DNA of 64,000 nucleotides, from the NCBI RefSeq assembly GCF_964204645.1, contig NC_134025.1, positions 18,947,101-19,011,100 of the forward strand. Reading direction: 5' to 3'. The notes under the pieces were generated by a model that had not been told where the DNA came from, did no database searches, and saw nothing but the letters and a program-made list of their open reading frames with translations. Shown piece after piece: positions 13,377-28,420 of this stretch. The DNA comes from Tubulanus polymorphus (lineage: Eukaryota > Animalia > Nemertea). A program made the translations under genes and the position numbers. Every line of letters starts with the position of its first letter. The stretch's first letter is position 1.

Positions 13377-14040
13377 GACGTATCGGCCCCACTCCGCGCG
13401 GTTCCGCCACCGTGCGGGATTTACGCGAAGCAGCAAACACAAACATGGCCACTCTCTCAATTTTCAATGATAGAAATCGTGTGTGCATTTCAATTATTTC
13501 GGCTGTTAGGGTTTTAAGGAACAATATAAGTTGATGATGTGATATGGCGATGTTAATTAATGATAATTCCGCAGTGAAGCTAGTCACGAACGGTGCCGAT
13601 TGAGTGTACATCTGCCAAAAACACTGAAATGTGCGTAGTTGCGTAACTATTTGCAGTGAATTGCAGACAAAACATGAAGCCTTAACGGCCGTTTAAAAAA
13701 AAATTATACCAATCGCAATTGTAAAATAAAAATGAGATAGAACCTAAGTTAAAATTCTGGCCATTTCTAAAATGTTATTACTAATTTTTAGTCAGTGCCG
13801 AACGTTTAGTTTTCCAACAATAATGAGGGGTGGTAGGTAGTCATGCAATTCAAGTCATCATTTATTACACGTTACTTCCGTGTTGTTGAAAATCTCGCGA
13901 GTCCTGGACCAAACCCCATTGAACAATGTGATCTGTGTGCTGGCCACAAATGCACACAGATCACACTACACTACCCATTACAAACTCCAGTACCCACAGC
14001 TTTCATATATCCATCCAAATATTTAGAGTGTCTTTCTTCC
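13377..14040. repeat. Interspersed repeat family B, copy 1
   Basis: Near-identical to 26637-27310, more diverged copy at about 21535-22000. Confidence 0.85.
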
Positions 14041-15402
14041 TGGGTGGTAGTAAAACATGTTTTGAATTAAAACAAATGGCAAAATGGCAGGGAAATGGAG
14101 ACTAATAGTCAGTAAAATGAAAACATGATATTCAATTGAATTCGAACGGCGAGAATGGCTCTGATATAGACTAAGGAGTGGGATAATCCGTTTATGAAGG
14201 TATTACTCAGAAACTACTCAACCTAAATAAACAAACTATACACCAAATTTGAGGTATGTATCAGGGCTACATTTCAGAATAATTTTCCATGGTTCAGATT
14301 GATGCGTTGAGGTCATGTGACCAATGTCAGCCATCTTGGATTCGAAATTACCTTGGAAAATCTCTGGAATCGAAGCCTGGAAAAATAGTAATCCTCAAAA
14401 TAGAGCCATATTCCATATAGAAATAGATAACTACTCTTCTTATCTATGATGTCACCTAAGAAATTTATTTGAACAAAATGCTTTATAAAGATATGGTATG
14501 GAAATATCGAATATGCTTCAATAGATTGTCTTGATATTTGGGTTATGTGTCTAGACTAGATTTATCTTTAGCCCAAAAACTGGCCCCGTCAGAATCAAGA
14601 TGGCCAACTGGTGGCCATTGTTGTTTGCCAAAATCAGCACTTTTTACATATATTTTAATATATATTTGCACCCCACAAGGGCCCGTCAGCATATGAACAA
14701 TTTGTTCGATCGGACTGGAGTTGGCCCTCCTGTGACCTTTTTTGGGTCCAAAAAGGTAAATTTTGGTCTGAATTCAGACATCTGTAACTTCCTAAATGGT
14801 TTGCTGTTTTTTAGAGAATGGTCCTGGGAGTAAGTTTCTGTTAGCTCTTTTTGGCATAAATTCTAACCACTGAATATACACAGCTGATAATTTGTCATTA
14901 GAAAGGAGATAGGTGTTTGAATTAATATGGAGAATTTCATCCATCAGCCTTAAGCTGTTTGGATGTGTTTGGAGAAAATATGCAAAATTTCAGTGTATTT
15001 TCTCCCCATTCTACGAATCCATGCTTGACCTTGTTTCTTGATGATGACATCACTTGTAAAGACCTTTATAGGACTTTCCCAGTGACATCCTAATCAAAAA
15101 CATAGTATTGATAGTTCTGCCATGTGCTAGTGAGTCATATACCATATACATCATCAAAGTTGAACATGCTTAGTACACAGTGCGCCATGATTTTTTGACG
15201 CCTTATAAAACATTACCTTTATGAAACCTAATCAATGTTAACCATTCAGCGTCATTTTACAAACGACAACCGTAAATCGATGTGCAAAACGTCACAGGTC
15301 TATGTGTACACATACAAGCTATTTGGCAAAATATTATTGACAAAGATGTAGAATGTCTTTCTGTGATTATATAATGAGCTCTATTTGAAAGCCGTAATGT
15401 TG

Positions 15403-16310
15403 TATTGCATTGAATATCATTAGAAGACGTATTGTAATAGTAATGGATGTATGATTATATCAGAAGCGGCAGACATAAATCGAAATGAAAAGTAAATCGG
15501 ATTATTCGGTCAAAATGGCAGATGTATACACGATTTGGAAGTCTGATATAAAAGAAAGACCCTGACATGGGAATGCTGGTGGATTGACGAAGCTATCTAC
15601 GATCTGTAGATCGGCGTGAATTTCATCGGCGGCTACAAGCGGTCAATTTAAAAATGTGTAAACATAATTTCAATATTCAAATGTTTTAGAAAATATGTTC
15701 GATATTAGGGGTTTGCAGGTTTCATGAGATTAGCAATGTATAATAGCATAGCTGTCATATACGGCTCCGTGTCCTCTGATGGCATGTGTATTAGGTGGCA
15801 ATTCAATTCAATTCTTTATTGATCCTTGTTACATATGAAATTCCCAAATTCAATAAAATTACACATTTTGAAATAAGAAAATACAACATACAAAACACAT
15901 GCGTAATTCATACAGAATAACATAAACAAGTTATTTTAAATGACATTAAGAGGATATCAAGTTACTGCCAAACTGGGACCGGGCCGGCTGGCTAGGCCCC
16001 ACACGGCTCCAAAGTCGATCGCAGACATCAGACAAGCCTTTTCCTCGACCATGCAGGCGATGGAGTTGCGCAGACCAGCAAAAGTGAATGAAGTCGGTCG
16101 CAAGTTATGAATTATTGACAGTTCTCAATAGAAAACCACTACTCAGTCGAGAAGACCTCCGTATCACCTACCCAATCGCCAAATCTCATAATTCCCCAAA
16201 TTTCTCAAAACCTCGATTTCAAATTTGCAATTCCACATTAGCTTATCCCAAAAATTCTATAATTTTTTCGCAGGCATCAAAAAATTTATTAAGATTAATT
16301 TTCTTGTTGA
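15403..16310. repeat. Interspersed repeat, ~0.9 kb, copy 2
   Basis: Colinear with 2389-3300. Confidence 0.85.
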
Positions 16311-17917
16311 TCTTTATCAGCTATTATTGCATATCTGAGAACAAAAATAAATGTTCTCAGTTAATCCTACTGGGCCCATGGTCCTTTATTGAATTTTATT
16401 TTGTACCCTAGTTTGTATCTTGATGAAAAAAACTTGTATAAGAATACACAGATGAATACAACACTATTCGAATATTACAAAAGCAACAAACTGGTAATCA
16501 GAATTGTGTCGAATATGAATTAAGAACTTCGAACAGCAATCCACATCCGTACTGAATGAGAACTGAAATGCTGGGTCTTAGTCACTTTGAAGTGTGTCGA
16601 CAGTTAATGGCATCAGTTTTTCGAAGATGACTTTATGTCTCAACTTTCAAAATTCCAATTGGTTCTTGATACTTAATTACACTTAAGCATAGGTGTGTGA
16701 TGTGTATATTTTGATATACCTAGGAGTCATGAAAAACCAAGACAATAATGTACTTCATAACAAGCTACATTGACCTCCCAGTCTGCCCTGAGATGTAAGA
16801 GTTGGCCAAACACCAGCACAACACACACATACTGATGTGTTGAATCCTGTATAAACTATCATTGCTGAGTCTCAGGGCAGTAACTAATACACACAGATAG
16901 GTGTACCACTGATATGCGTACAAATGTATTACATTGCAGCTGTGAGGTGATGAAGCAAACGAAGTTACAAAATAGTTCAAAATAGATTATTGGTAGTAAA
17001 TAATGACCTCAAATTAATATGGACTGCTCTGCTCTTCTTGATTTTGACATCTTTGGGGGCATCAAGAGTGACAAAAGTAATTTTTTAGGTCAGGTCGTAT
17101 CTGAGCCACCATGAAATTTTGGGGTAAAAATCTCTGGCTAGGAAATCGGCTTAATGGCTGGAAAATATGGCAGATAATATGACAATTTAGTTTAGCATAA
17201 TTTATAGGAAAACAATTATTCGAACTGTTTGTTCTTATTTCCTTAAACATTTTACTTGCTAAATACAAATTGCACAGTGAAGATAACTTTTAACAGATAT
17301 TGTATATTCACAAATCGGCATAAATTTATGAAGATGATAATTTAAAGGCAGCCTGGCCATAGAGCGCTAGTCTTGTGGTTAAATTGAGCCAATTTGCATG
17401 ATTAATAGTAGGCCCTTATATATTATTACTAATATTATGCAAATATGACCTCGAGAGCCCAGGATCTTTGGTCCTCCAATTGATTGTTAGTTTAGTCTAG
17501 ATCTAGTTTCACAGTTATTATTACTACTAATATGGTTTTAGTACTCATATGGTTTTAGTTGAATGAAGATCATTATGCTGGCATTTTGGATCTGAGATAT
17601 GATTGAAAATTCAGAAATTTTCATAACTGAAACGAAAACTGACTACCATGGAGAACAAAACGAGTGGACTTGAAACGAAAATGCCACTTGGATTCTTCTA
17701 AAGCATCTGACTTCTCCACTTCCTCATTCATATGACATCATCTGTCAATGCAGCTGATTGCAATTCTGAAGTTTTCAAAGGACATTTTGAAGATGTTTCA
17801 ATCCATTATCTTGATCTTCTATGTAGGCCTAAATTTGTGAAGTATATTTTATCCCCCACGGCCCATCAGCATACAGAAATTGGGTCACATGGAATCAAGA
17901 TGGCTGTTCTTTTGGCC

Positions 17918-19030
17918 TTTTTATGCCCTCGGTTTAACCTTAGTTGAAAGGGGCATATAGATTTACTCGTGTCTGAATTCGCCCGCCGCCGCAAGTGACG
18001 TTAACAGACAAGAGGCCACAATTGTTGACCAATTGTTTTCAAACTTGGTACACAAGTAGGGTGTCACTTGGGCCAGAACCCTATGTAAAATAGGGTTGAT
18101 TCGATTCCAATTATGTCCTCCAGCGGGTCGACATAAAAAACGACGTTAACTGCCTAAAGGCTGCAATTGGTGACCGATTCATTTCAAACTTGGTACACAA
18201 GAAGGGTATCACTTCACCCAGAACCCAATTTAAAATTGAGTTGATTCGATTCAAATTATGGCCACCAGGGGGCCGACATGAAAAACAACGGTTACAGCCT
18301 AGAGGCGGCAATTGTTGACTTGATTTATTTCAAACTTAATTAGGTACATAATTAGGGCATCTCTTGGAGCAGAAGTCTATCCAAAATTGGGTCGATTCGA
18401 TTCAAATTATGGCCATCAGAGGGCCGACATGAAAAACGACATCAACAGTCTAGAGGCTGCAATTGTTTACCGATTTTTTTCAAACTTATTACACCAACTA
18501 TGGTATCACTTGGACCAGACCCCTATTTAAAATGGAAAATAAAAGTCGAATTGATTCAAATTTTGGCCACCAGGGGCTTACATGAAAAAAATCCTACAGG
18601 CTGCAATTGTGGACCGATTTTCTTCAAACTTAATACACAACAAGGGTATCACTTTAAACAGAACCTTATAAAAATTGGGTTGATGCGGTTCACATTATGG
18701 CCACCAGGGGACCAACAATATGATAAACGACGTTAACGGTCTAGAGGCTGCAATTTTTGGCCAATTTTCTTAACACTTCATACATGAGTAGGGATTCAAT
18801 TGGGGTAGAACCCTATTTAAAATTAAGTTGATGCGATTCAAATTATGGCCACCAGGGGAAAACAGCCTAGAGCTGCAACTTTTGATCAATATTTTACACT
18901 TGTACATATTATCTATGCTATCATTCCAGAAATAATTATGGGCTCGGATATTTCTAACGCATTTACCACAAACTTCACGTGGCGGTGAATTTCAGGCCGG
19001 GGGCATTCGAAACTTTGCCTCATTCTAGTT
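17918..19030 (+). mobile_element. Helentron-like non-autonomous element with internal ~145-bp tandem array
   Basis: Left end ttttATGCCCTCGG, subterminal CCGGGGGCAT, end ttctagtt; 6-7 units starting agaggctgcaatt at ~18010, 18157, 18301, 18452, 18597, 18742, 18868. Confidence 0.7.
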
Positions 19031-22000
19031 TATGCCAAAAAAGGTTAACCTGGCTTGAATTCCGAGACCTGCAGTTTCCTAATGGTTTGCCATTTTTCAT
19101 TGAAATTTTTGATAGTATTCTTAGGGAACATTTTCAGTCTTCCGTTATTATTGTGGCATTCTCTCTATATCACAGGGATGAAAATCTTTCGACCATAGAC
19201 GGATTTCCGACCTTTTCTGACAGTTTCTTCATTTCTGAAATCAGTGTAAATCGCCTCAATTGCTTTAATCGCCTCATTCGCGCACGTCACATCATAGTGC
19301 TCCTTAAGACGGTTTTCGGCGGTAGTTAGCACAACTGTGGAGTTGGTAAAACCAATACGGCGTCTCATTCAAAAAGTGGCTCTAATTCAGGCCCAAACTA
19401 TTAACATTTTGACCACAAGAAAGTAAGTTTTTTGGCTAAAAGTTACTGATTTTTGTTCTCCCAAAAATTTCTTCTTAAAGATATATTTTCCGACTGATAT
19501 CATTGTTTTAAGAATGTCACCGAAGATGAATACATTCAGGTGGATGTTATCTATTTAAGCTCATGAAATGGTGATGAATGAAGACAATGCCTGAAAAACA
19601 TCAGGGCAATGGAGATATCTAGAATCTTAGAATAGAATGACTCATCCAACTATGCAACCTGTTTATGCAATAGTACAGTTCGGGAATTTGCAGCATTTTG
19701 TTTAGGTTGCTTGAATCAAATATCATTGAGAAATCCCTGCTGTAGAGTTAGAATATAGGCTTTAGGGTTTATTTTGGGTTATATGTATGGTTCCCACAAA
19801 AATTGGAAATTGGGAAAAGCTTTTGAAATAAATAATTCCCATTTTTTTAAGCTATTTCCCTTGAAAATCACCTTCATCAACCAGTTATCGCTAAAATGTT
19901 GACTGTAGTTTAACGATATCTGTTCATTTATGAAGGCCCCATTTTCCATTTGGGAAAATTGAAAAATCACCCATGAAATACTTGGGAAAAAACCTGGGAA
20001 TTGTTAATTCATCTAACTAGTAACCATGGGTATATCTTAATGAAAAATCTAAAGGAATGTTTCATGACCTTGTGTATGCTGGCTCAATTTTTGCCTTCCG
20101 ATAGATAGTAAGTTGCCTGTTAATCTGCTGTTCCAAATCCTTTTATGTGACTTTCATCTCAATTAGTCACAAATACATTCTGCATAAAGTTATCAATGTA
20201 TCAGATACCCATGAGACTGAATTTCAGTATCATTTCATTATCATTTTGTCATTCATATATGCTTACCCATGACTCTGGGGATTTTTGTGATATAAAGCTC
20301 TGTGACCACCAAGATTTAACTTAGCTATGGGGAAATGTTAAGAGTTTTCTGGGAATTATATCTCAGGATTTGGGCTTTATAACAGTCGTGGTACTATTCT
20401 TTGAGCACTTAAACTGTGGGATAAGTAAAACTGTTGGGGTTTGGAGCCATGCCAGCACTGAACAACGCAAAAGCCATTTCATTGTGCATTTCTCTTTGAA
20501 AAGGACTGTTTCCGATGGTTCAATATTGCTGTAACCCATTAACACTCAAGCCGCCCAAGCTGCCCTGCCTATTATTCCTCAAGCTGCCCGAAATCTGCCC
20601 GGCACTTTTTTTGTATGCTGCACGGTTATAGTGGGATTCAAACCCAATAGCTTATGATAAACTAGACACCTAAGTCCTCGAAATACCGAATAGAAATCAA
20701 CATCCTCCTACTTCAATTGCTCGAGTATTTCGAGTTTGAACATGACACATCTGAACACTCACTTCAAATCCAAGTTAGTTTGGATGAATTTCGGGGGCCA
20801 AAAAGATACGATTTTGGTGGCCCACCTTATCAAATGTTACATCATTCAAAAGCCTTGACTATTTACTACAAAATAACAATAACTTGTAATGCATGGAAAT
20901 AAACAGCAAATGAGTTATTCGGTATCGCGATGAACTACATAGTGAAATTCCTGAGTGCTAACGAGTTGAAATTGAACTGATATGGTAATCATATGGTTTT
21001 AGATGAATGAAGACTATTTTTCTGGTATTTTGGATCAGAAATATGACTGAAAAATCAGAAATTTTATTACTGAAATGAAAACATCGACGACATAATTGGT
21101 GTTCCATGATAGCTCCATGTTCAATCATTTCTTTATAGAACTCAATTCTATGCACGCGAGCCTAATGTTCACTTATGAATTAGGTCCTAAGGTTTAGGTC
21201 GTAATTGAATCATTCATCAGCCAGCCTCAGACTACTATGACACTTCCATACACTGGAATGATCTCCGTGCGACGTTTTGATGCATACATTAGTTAATAAT
21301 CAGTTGATCTGCCTATCATGCATCAGTAAGGATTTTGCATCCAGAAAAATTGTTCAGTTTTGGTTCAGGTCAATAGGACCTAATGGTATGAATTCACACA
21401 AGAAAAACTAGTCAGTCGAGATGGCCCTTACAGTTGTACGTCGTTCATACGAATCTTTTAAGGTGAAAGTGCCGAAATTGCTGTATTAAATGGGTTTTTT
21501 TGTATTATCAAAATCTTGCTTGACCTATTGAGCAACAGAAACAAACATGGCCGCCTGATGAATTTTCAATGTTAGAAATTGTATATGAATTTCAATAATT
21601 TCAGATGTTAGGGTTTCAAGGCACAATATAACTAGATGATGTGATATGGCGATGTTAATAAATGATAATGCCACAGTGAAGCTAGTCACGAACTGTCCCG
21701 ATTAAGTGTACAGCGGCCAAAAACATATAAATTTGCGTTGTTACATAACTATTTGCAGTGAATTGCAGACAAAACATAAAGCCTTAATGGCCGTTTACAA
21801 CAACATTATAGCAATCACAATTGAAAGATAATAATGATATACAACTTAAGTTGAAAGTATGAGCACTTCTAAAATTATATTACTAATTAGTAGTCAGTGC
21901 GGAACGTTTGGTTTTGGAACAATAATGAGCGGTGGTAGATGATTTACCACATGATTTACCACATGTTACTTCCGTGTTGTTTAAAATTTTGCGAGAATGT

Positions 22001-22559
22001 GCATCATTGAAACTGGCAATAAATTCAAAATATCATACATATTTTTTGTACATATTCATGATTTATCTGCTATAAAGTCCCGATAAACAATTGTGTGTAC
22101 TCGTTGTCGTTAATTGTATGTGTGATCAGTATGTTTGGCTGCGATGGTTGCCTGGGACGCGATTTTTCACAATAAAGTTTCCGCCATCTTTTTGCAGTGC
22201 GCATGCTTCCCATTCTGTTTGTAAACACAATCCACATGTGTGCACTACACTTGCCGTTATCTAAAAAAATCCACGTCAAATAATAGGAACCCGCCAACCT
22301 GGGAACCTTTTCTACAATTTTACATCTACATGATTAATTTCTGACACCGTTTCTCGCATTTTTCATTCATTATCTAGTGTTTCAACGTGTTTATCAGCAT
22401 ACCGGGGGACCTCCAGTGGTTAAGATGGATCTTTGAAATATGAAAAATTTTGAAACATTGATTTACTCAGTCTAGCGAAAACCTACGAACGCTGAGGCAT
22501 ACCTTCACTTCTTTTCATTCACTGCGAAATGGATCAAAATTGGACTTGCTCTTAGGCCT

Positions 22560-23275
22560 CTTTCACATATTGAAAATTGCTATTTCTAAGGCTAAACGAA
22601 CTTTCTTTAAATCTAAACTAATTCTGAAATAAAAAACGCATTTCAGAGTTCATTGTAGTTCCGTATGTACCTGTTTTGGAAAGGTTTCGTCATTTTCACG
22701 TATGAAAACAACATTAGTAAGACTTAGGTAAAAAACAATCAATCTAAACCTTTGGACTGCAGTGTTTACAAAATTCCTTGTTTAGGTTGTGACAAAATTT
22801 ACTTAGGAGAAACTGGTCGTGATTTAAAAACTCGAATTTTGGAACAGAAAAAGGATATAATAAATCTAAAACCAGCTAGTGGCGTAGCCAATCATGTTAG
22901 GAACACTGGTCATCGTTTTAATTTTGATAAAGCAGAAATTATTTATACTTTTAGCAATTACACTAAATGCTGAATAGTTGAGTCTGTCCTAATTACTCGT
23001 CACTCAGATATTAGCACCAATCAATTTAGATAATGGCTTTTCTCCTCACAATCTGAACACTTTGAATCCAAAATTCTTCCCAATTACGCTGGCTCTTAAC
23101 CCAACTTTTGGATCAGATATGTTGATGACATTTTGTGTTTAGTGGCTGATGATTTTGATCTTAACTCTTTTATCGACTTCATTAACTCCTTATATCCTTT
23201 GTTGAAATTACCCTTGAATGGGAACAAAATGACCAAATTCCGTTTTTAGACGTTCTAATTCACAATAAAAATTCT
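22560..23275 (+). mobile_element. Decayed Penelope-like element fragments (GIY-YIG endonuclease and RT)
   Basis: VYKIPCLGCDKIYLGETGRDLKTRILE...VANHVRNTGHRFNF (GIY-YIG with CCHH), then FWIRYVDDILC and EWEQNDQIPFLDVLI (PLE RT); stops and frameshifts. Confidence 0.88.
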
Positions 23276-23319
23276 GCCGGCAGTAGTTAGCCTAATACTT
23301 TGATTTAAAATTTTGTGCG

Positions 23320-24505
23320 TTTTTGGTTTACCTTTGTCAGCGATATGATGTTGGCGTTGAGCCAATTCATGTAAAATCGCGGTACGTTTTTTTATGTGAA
23401 CATTTGTTTCATTGGTTCTCGGCAATAATCGATGCGATTGAAGACATGGCGAACCTCCGTCGATGACATGGTCAACTGAGTTAAAATTCTACGAAAAACT
23501 GTTTTTGGCGGGAAAATTCTTAGCTCTCGCGTATAAAATTGCAATGACCTCGATTGGGGGGCGTCGTCTCTTCGAGCGAATGGGATTGGCTGTTTTTGGG
23601 ATATACGGGGAATTCCGGCGCTACTAAAATAATAATGGGGAAGCCATTTATGGCGAACGTTTCATTGGACTAGGTGCGAATTTTAAATGCTCATTGCTGG
23701 TGAGAATATATATTAATAATAATTTCACATATCGCCATAGGTATTGTTTCGTTTTAATACCCGGTAATTGTGTTGATTGAGATTGAAGTGAAGCGAAGGT
23801 TCACTATACAAGGCCTCTACGTGCGCGGGACGGGAGTGCTAAACATAAGACCGTTGCACACACAAACACACGCTCATACAGACTACTATATGGTGATGCT
23901 GTAACGCTGCTTGGTGCGTGCACGTTTGGTATGATAACAGGCTGAAAAATCGTCGTAGCAGAAGATGAGCGCTGTGTTTTCTGTTTGATAGAATTTGTAA
24001 TAAATTGTAATTTCTTGTGACCTGAAAATACTAATTAGCAAACTATAGGTATAGATCGAGGTCTGAATATTGTAGGTGTAAATTCCAGGATTTAAAACGA
24101 TCTAATACTACGCCCAGTGTTTTAGCTTCCACGGCCGTACATTGGAACAGGTTTTGTTTCCAAGACTCAATTTTCAGGCACCCTCTGATATGTGACATCA
24201 TATGAATTTTATTTGAATATTTTTTCATATTGTGAAAAATATTATTTTGAAAATATAAAATAGTTTCCAATGCCGCGCCTACCTGTACCCTACGAAATTT
24301 TGGACGTAGACCATAAACAAATGTTTATCTTTGGTCTTATTTGACTACAAAATAATTCTTTAAGAAAGATAAAATACAATATAAACTTCTAGAACATTGT
24401 GGAACTTTGAAGTCACGAATTAAAAAGATTTTTCAAGCAATGCCCTTATTCCAAACAACCTCTAGCTTTCAAGGTAAACCACACTTTGCCCATGGGCAAT
24501 TTATT
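23320..24505 (+). mobile_element. Helentron-like family A, full-length copy
   Basis: Same termini and body as 6468-7642. Confidence 0.75.
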
Positions 24506-26307
24506 TAAATACCCTGTTTTCATCCCTGATTAAACAATTAATTGTATGGTTTTAATTTTTTTTTTCAAAATTTCCTTTACTTTCATTGGGTGCTTGCGTT
24601 ATCTATCCCGTTTATGCTGAATTGAATTGAATTGAATTGACTGGTTCCCTGTCTCTTCAGAGAGCCAAGGGCGTTAGGTAATCTATGGTGGCATTAAACT
24701 TTCCTAAACTTTATCGGATGATCGTAGTGGATTGTCATTTAAAGGAATGCAATTTATTCTTGCTTTATGTCTTTTTTATTTAAAAAGAAAAGTCATGGTT
24801 CCTATCTATATTTTCGTGTTCGCTCCTCTCACCTGAAGCCACTAGAGTTAGACACATTTTTTCTTTCAATTTTGCTGGCAGATACACCGGAGGCATAACA
24901 GAAGGGTCTTAAGGCACTTTTTTTCTAATTACTTGGATTTCGGATCTGCTGCCGAGAATTCCCGGTTTTCTTGATTAAAAACTTTCTTTCAAAATTTTCA
25001 TGTCCGCTACCCGCCCTAACCAAAGATGGAAATAAGAAAAATAAAAAATGAAAATCTTTTATCTCGTTTTCTTATGTGTTCACCGCGAGTATTTTTTATC
25101 CCAGAGCGAAATAGAATTTACCAAATTGCAAGCATCTTGCAAAAACGCGTTCGGTTTAGCTGACTGTGCCAGGACTCGAGCCCTCAATGGTATAGCCCAC
25201 GACAATTAAATCGTGCCGTTATGTGCTGCCACTTGGCACTGAAACATGGCCTGTTTGTAAATCATGTATTGTTATTCAAGGACTTGTTACAAGAAGAAAA
25301 CGCTACTAAAATACACGTGAAGCTTGAAATCTCATCAGTGAGTCAATTTAATTCTACTATTTGTGGATTTATAAACTGTCTAGTGAAATGGCATATGTTC
25401 CAGTCTGACACAGAGCAGTTGCGATACATCTCCATTTAATTACAAGGTTTTACTTGACTCTGTAGATTAATAGCGAGCCGTTAGCTATCCTATATACTTG
25501 AGATGGAACTGGAATTCTTTCATGACTGGATTCTCAGCGATCGATCTGAAATCCAAGCAATTCATAAAACAGCTCAATCACTTTAGAATTTTAGAATCTC
25601 AACTGAAGTGTCATTATTTAATTTTTTGTGAATTCCTTTGAATTCTGCCTTAAGAAATAGGTTAAAAAAGATAAAAGTATTTTTTTTCTTCCACCCACAT
25701 AAAAGTGTACACCACCTCAGAATAAAGAAAGTCTTTTTTTTAAAGTTTTTCCCTTTTCCCCATCGAAGATTTCATCCCAAAATCCCAAAATCCAAGTAAT
25801 TAAAGAAAAAGCGCCTCATTGTCCAGGGGGCCGGTTGCTCAAAAGTTGGTAAGTTTTAACGATTGGTTTAGCTAAACGACTTGTTAGTTAACATCCAAGG
25901 TGAATACTGTCAGGCATGGAAATTAAAAATCAATGTGGAGAAATCCAAAGTTGTAATTTTTTGGAAGTCTGAACAGTTCACAAAACCAATTTCTTATTCA
26001 AATGAAAAGTTAATTGAATACATCACTGATTATTGCTATTTGGGCGCAGTATTTTCATCAAATGGAAGATTTGTAAAAGAAAAAAGAGAAGACTTGAACA
26101 TGCGTCTAAGGCTATGTACCTACTACTAAAAAAGGGTAAACAAATCTACCTTTCTTTCCACTTTATGTTTGAACTATTTCATAAAATGATCCTTCCAATA
26201 GCATTCTGTGGTGCAGAAATCTGGGCTCATGAATATATCTCTCTATAAATATTTATCCAACATAGATTTTTACAAATTTTTTAGGCCTCGGCAAAGGTGT
26301 TCCTTTA

Positions 26308-27793
26308 AGCCGGGCGCACACTAGGCGATTTTTAGGTGCCAATAGAAAGATTTTAAATCGGCGGCAATTTTTATGAAATCACCGTACATCCTCAGCGACC
26401 ACACATAAGATGATTTTTATCCTCGGGCATCCTCGCTTGCCAGGGCTTGATTACTGCCTGCTAAAGCTCACGTCAACACAAACTCTTGCCGCTAACCCTT
26501 CATATGGTCTCATTGGCCATTTTTGGCCGGACAGCGTCCACCAGTCTATATTTCAGTCCACCAATCAGTTTCGTGGTAATTACATAGAACAATTCTGCCG
26601 GGAAAAACAAAAACACAAATATCTTTGTTTGGCTAGACGTATCGGCCCGACTCCGAGCGGTTGCGCCACCGCGCGGGATTTACGCGAAGCAGCAGAACAC
26701 AAACACGGTCACTCTCTCAATTTTCAATGATAGAAATCGTGTGTGCATTTCAATTATTTCGGCTGTTAGGGTTTTAAGGCACAATATAAGTTGATGATGT
26801 GATATGGCAATGTGAATTAATGATAATTCCCCAGTGAAGCTAGTTACGAACGGTGCCGATTGAGTGTACAGCTGCCAAAAACACTGAAATGTGCGTAGTT
26901 GCGTAACTATTTGCAGTGAATTGCAGACGAAACATGAAGCCTTACCGGCCGTTTAAAAAAAAATTATACCAATCGCAATTGTAAAATAAAAATGAGATAG
27001 AACCTAAGTTAAAATTCTGGCCATTTCTAAAATGTTATTAATTATTATTACTAATTTTTAGTCAGCGCGGAACGTTTACTTTTCCAACAATAATGAGGGG
27101 TGGTAGGTAGTCATGCAATTCAAGTCATCATTTATTACACGTTACTTCCGTGTTGTTGAAAATCTCGCGAGTCCTGGACTAAACCCCAATGAACAATGTG
27201 ATCTGTGTGCTGGCCACAAGTGCACTCAGATCACACTACACTACCCATTACACACTCCAGTACCCTCAGCTTTCATATATCCATCCAAATATTTAGTTGC
27301 TTTCTTCCTGGATATTTAGACTGGTGGGCATTGAGCCCAAGAAATCTTGGGCTGTGTAATAGACCATTATTACGAAGGGTTGCGGCCAGGGTTTTGTGTT
27401 GACTGAGCCCCGACGGTGGTAAGGTAACCCTGTAAGTGAGGATGAATCACAGGCCGTGAAGTGTTGCCACATGATCACAAAATGGCAGCATTTCATTTTC
27501 GGCTGTGGGGGTCACCATTTTGTGAATGCATATGATTTCTATATTGGCGCTGATTGGCTGTTTTTAATTTGGATTCGGAGTGATATGTCGCTAGTAGCTG
27601 CACACTAGGCGATTTGCTGCTGATCCTCAGCGATCTTGTCGCTGAATATCTAGCAAGCTAGATACTGAGCCGTCTTGTTGCAGGCGACGATTTGTCGGCC
27701 AACAATGGTCACCAGTGACCTCACACTAGGCAATTTCTAGGCGATTTTGTCGTGACAAAAATTGCCGAGAAATCGCCTAGTGTGCGCCCAGCT
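26308..27793. mobile_element. PIF/Harbinger-like TIR element inserted in the LINE, itself carrying a family B repeat
   Basis: TIR AGCCGGGCGCACACTAGGCGATTT / AAATCGCCTAGTGTGCGCCCAGCT; TTA on left, right TSD imperfect. Confidence 0.75.
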
Positions 27794-27917
27794 TTCGATC
27801 TTCATTTGTGTGACACTGGTGGTAGACTGCTACTAGCTACTCATGTAAAAATAAAAACTATACATTTATGGTCTAGACTTTTGTCTGGTGATAAAAGCAA
27901 GTTAAGTTTTAAGGTAT

Positions 27918-28420
27918 CAGACCTGCCAACTGTTACAGTTTCACCGTAATATTTACGTTTTGTATGTCGATAATGCGGCGTTCCGATCAGAATGAAAAAA
28001 ATAATGGTGGAAAAAATAAAATGGTACCTTGTACTGTTTTGGTTCTATAAAACACGATTGAACTGTAAACATGTTACAATGTTCTGTTTTATGTCTAATA
28101 AATTAAGTGTTTGAGTTCAACAGCGGTGATAAAAATATTTAATAGCACAATCCCCAGCCGACATGTGACGCCACCTGCTTATCATTTATCGGTGTGCTTA
28201 CTGTGGCTAGTTTCTTCGGAAAACCGAAGTAGGCCGTGTTTGGTTCTGTTTCTGTTGAATCCATAGTAAGGAAAATGGACGATAGTAACTATAGTGAATC
28301 GGAAATTGCTGTTCTATCAGCTGATGATGAAGCCGCTGCCTGTTCCCAGAAGAGATGCAGGCTCCAGAAATTTAAACCAGACTATCAAGTTAAATACCCA
28401 TGCGTTACCAAATCCGTGTT
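27918..28420 (+). mobile_element. hAT-like left end with start of transposase
   Basis: Begins CAGACCTGCCAAC; RLQKFKPDYQVKYPCVTKS resembles the lead-in to a hAT zinc finger; truncated. Confidence 0.55.
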
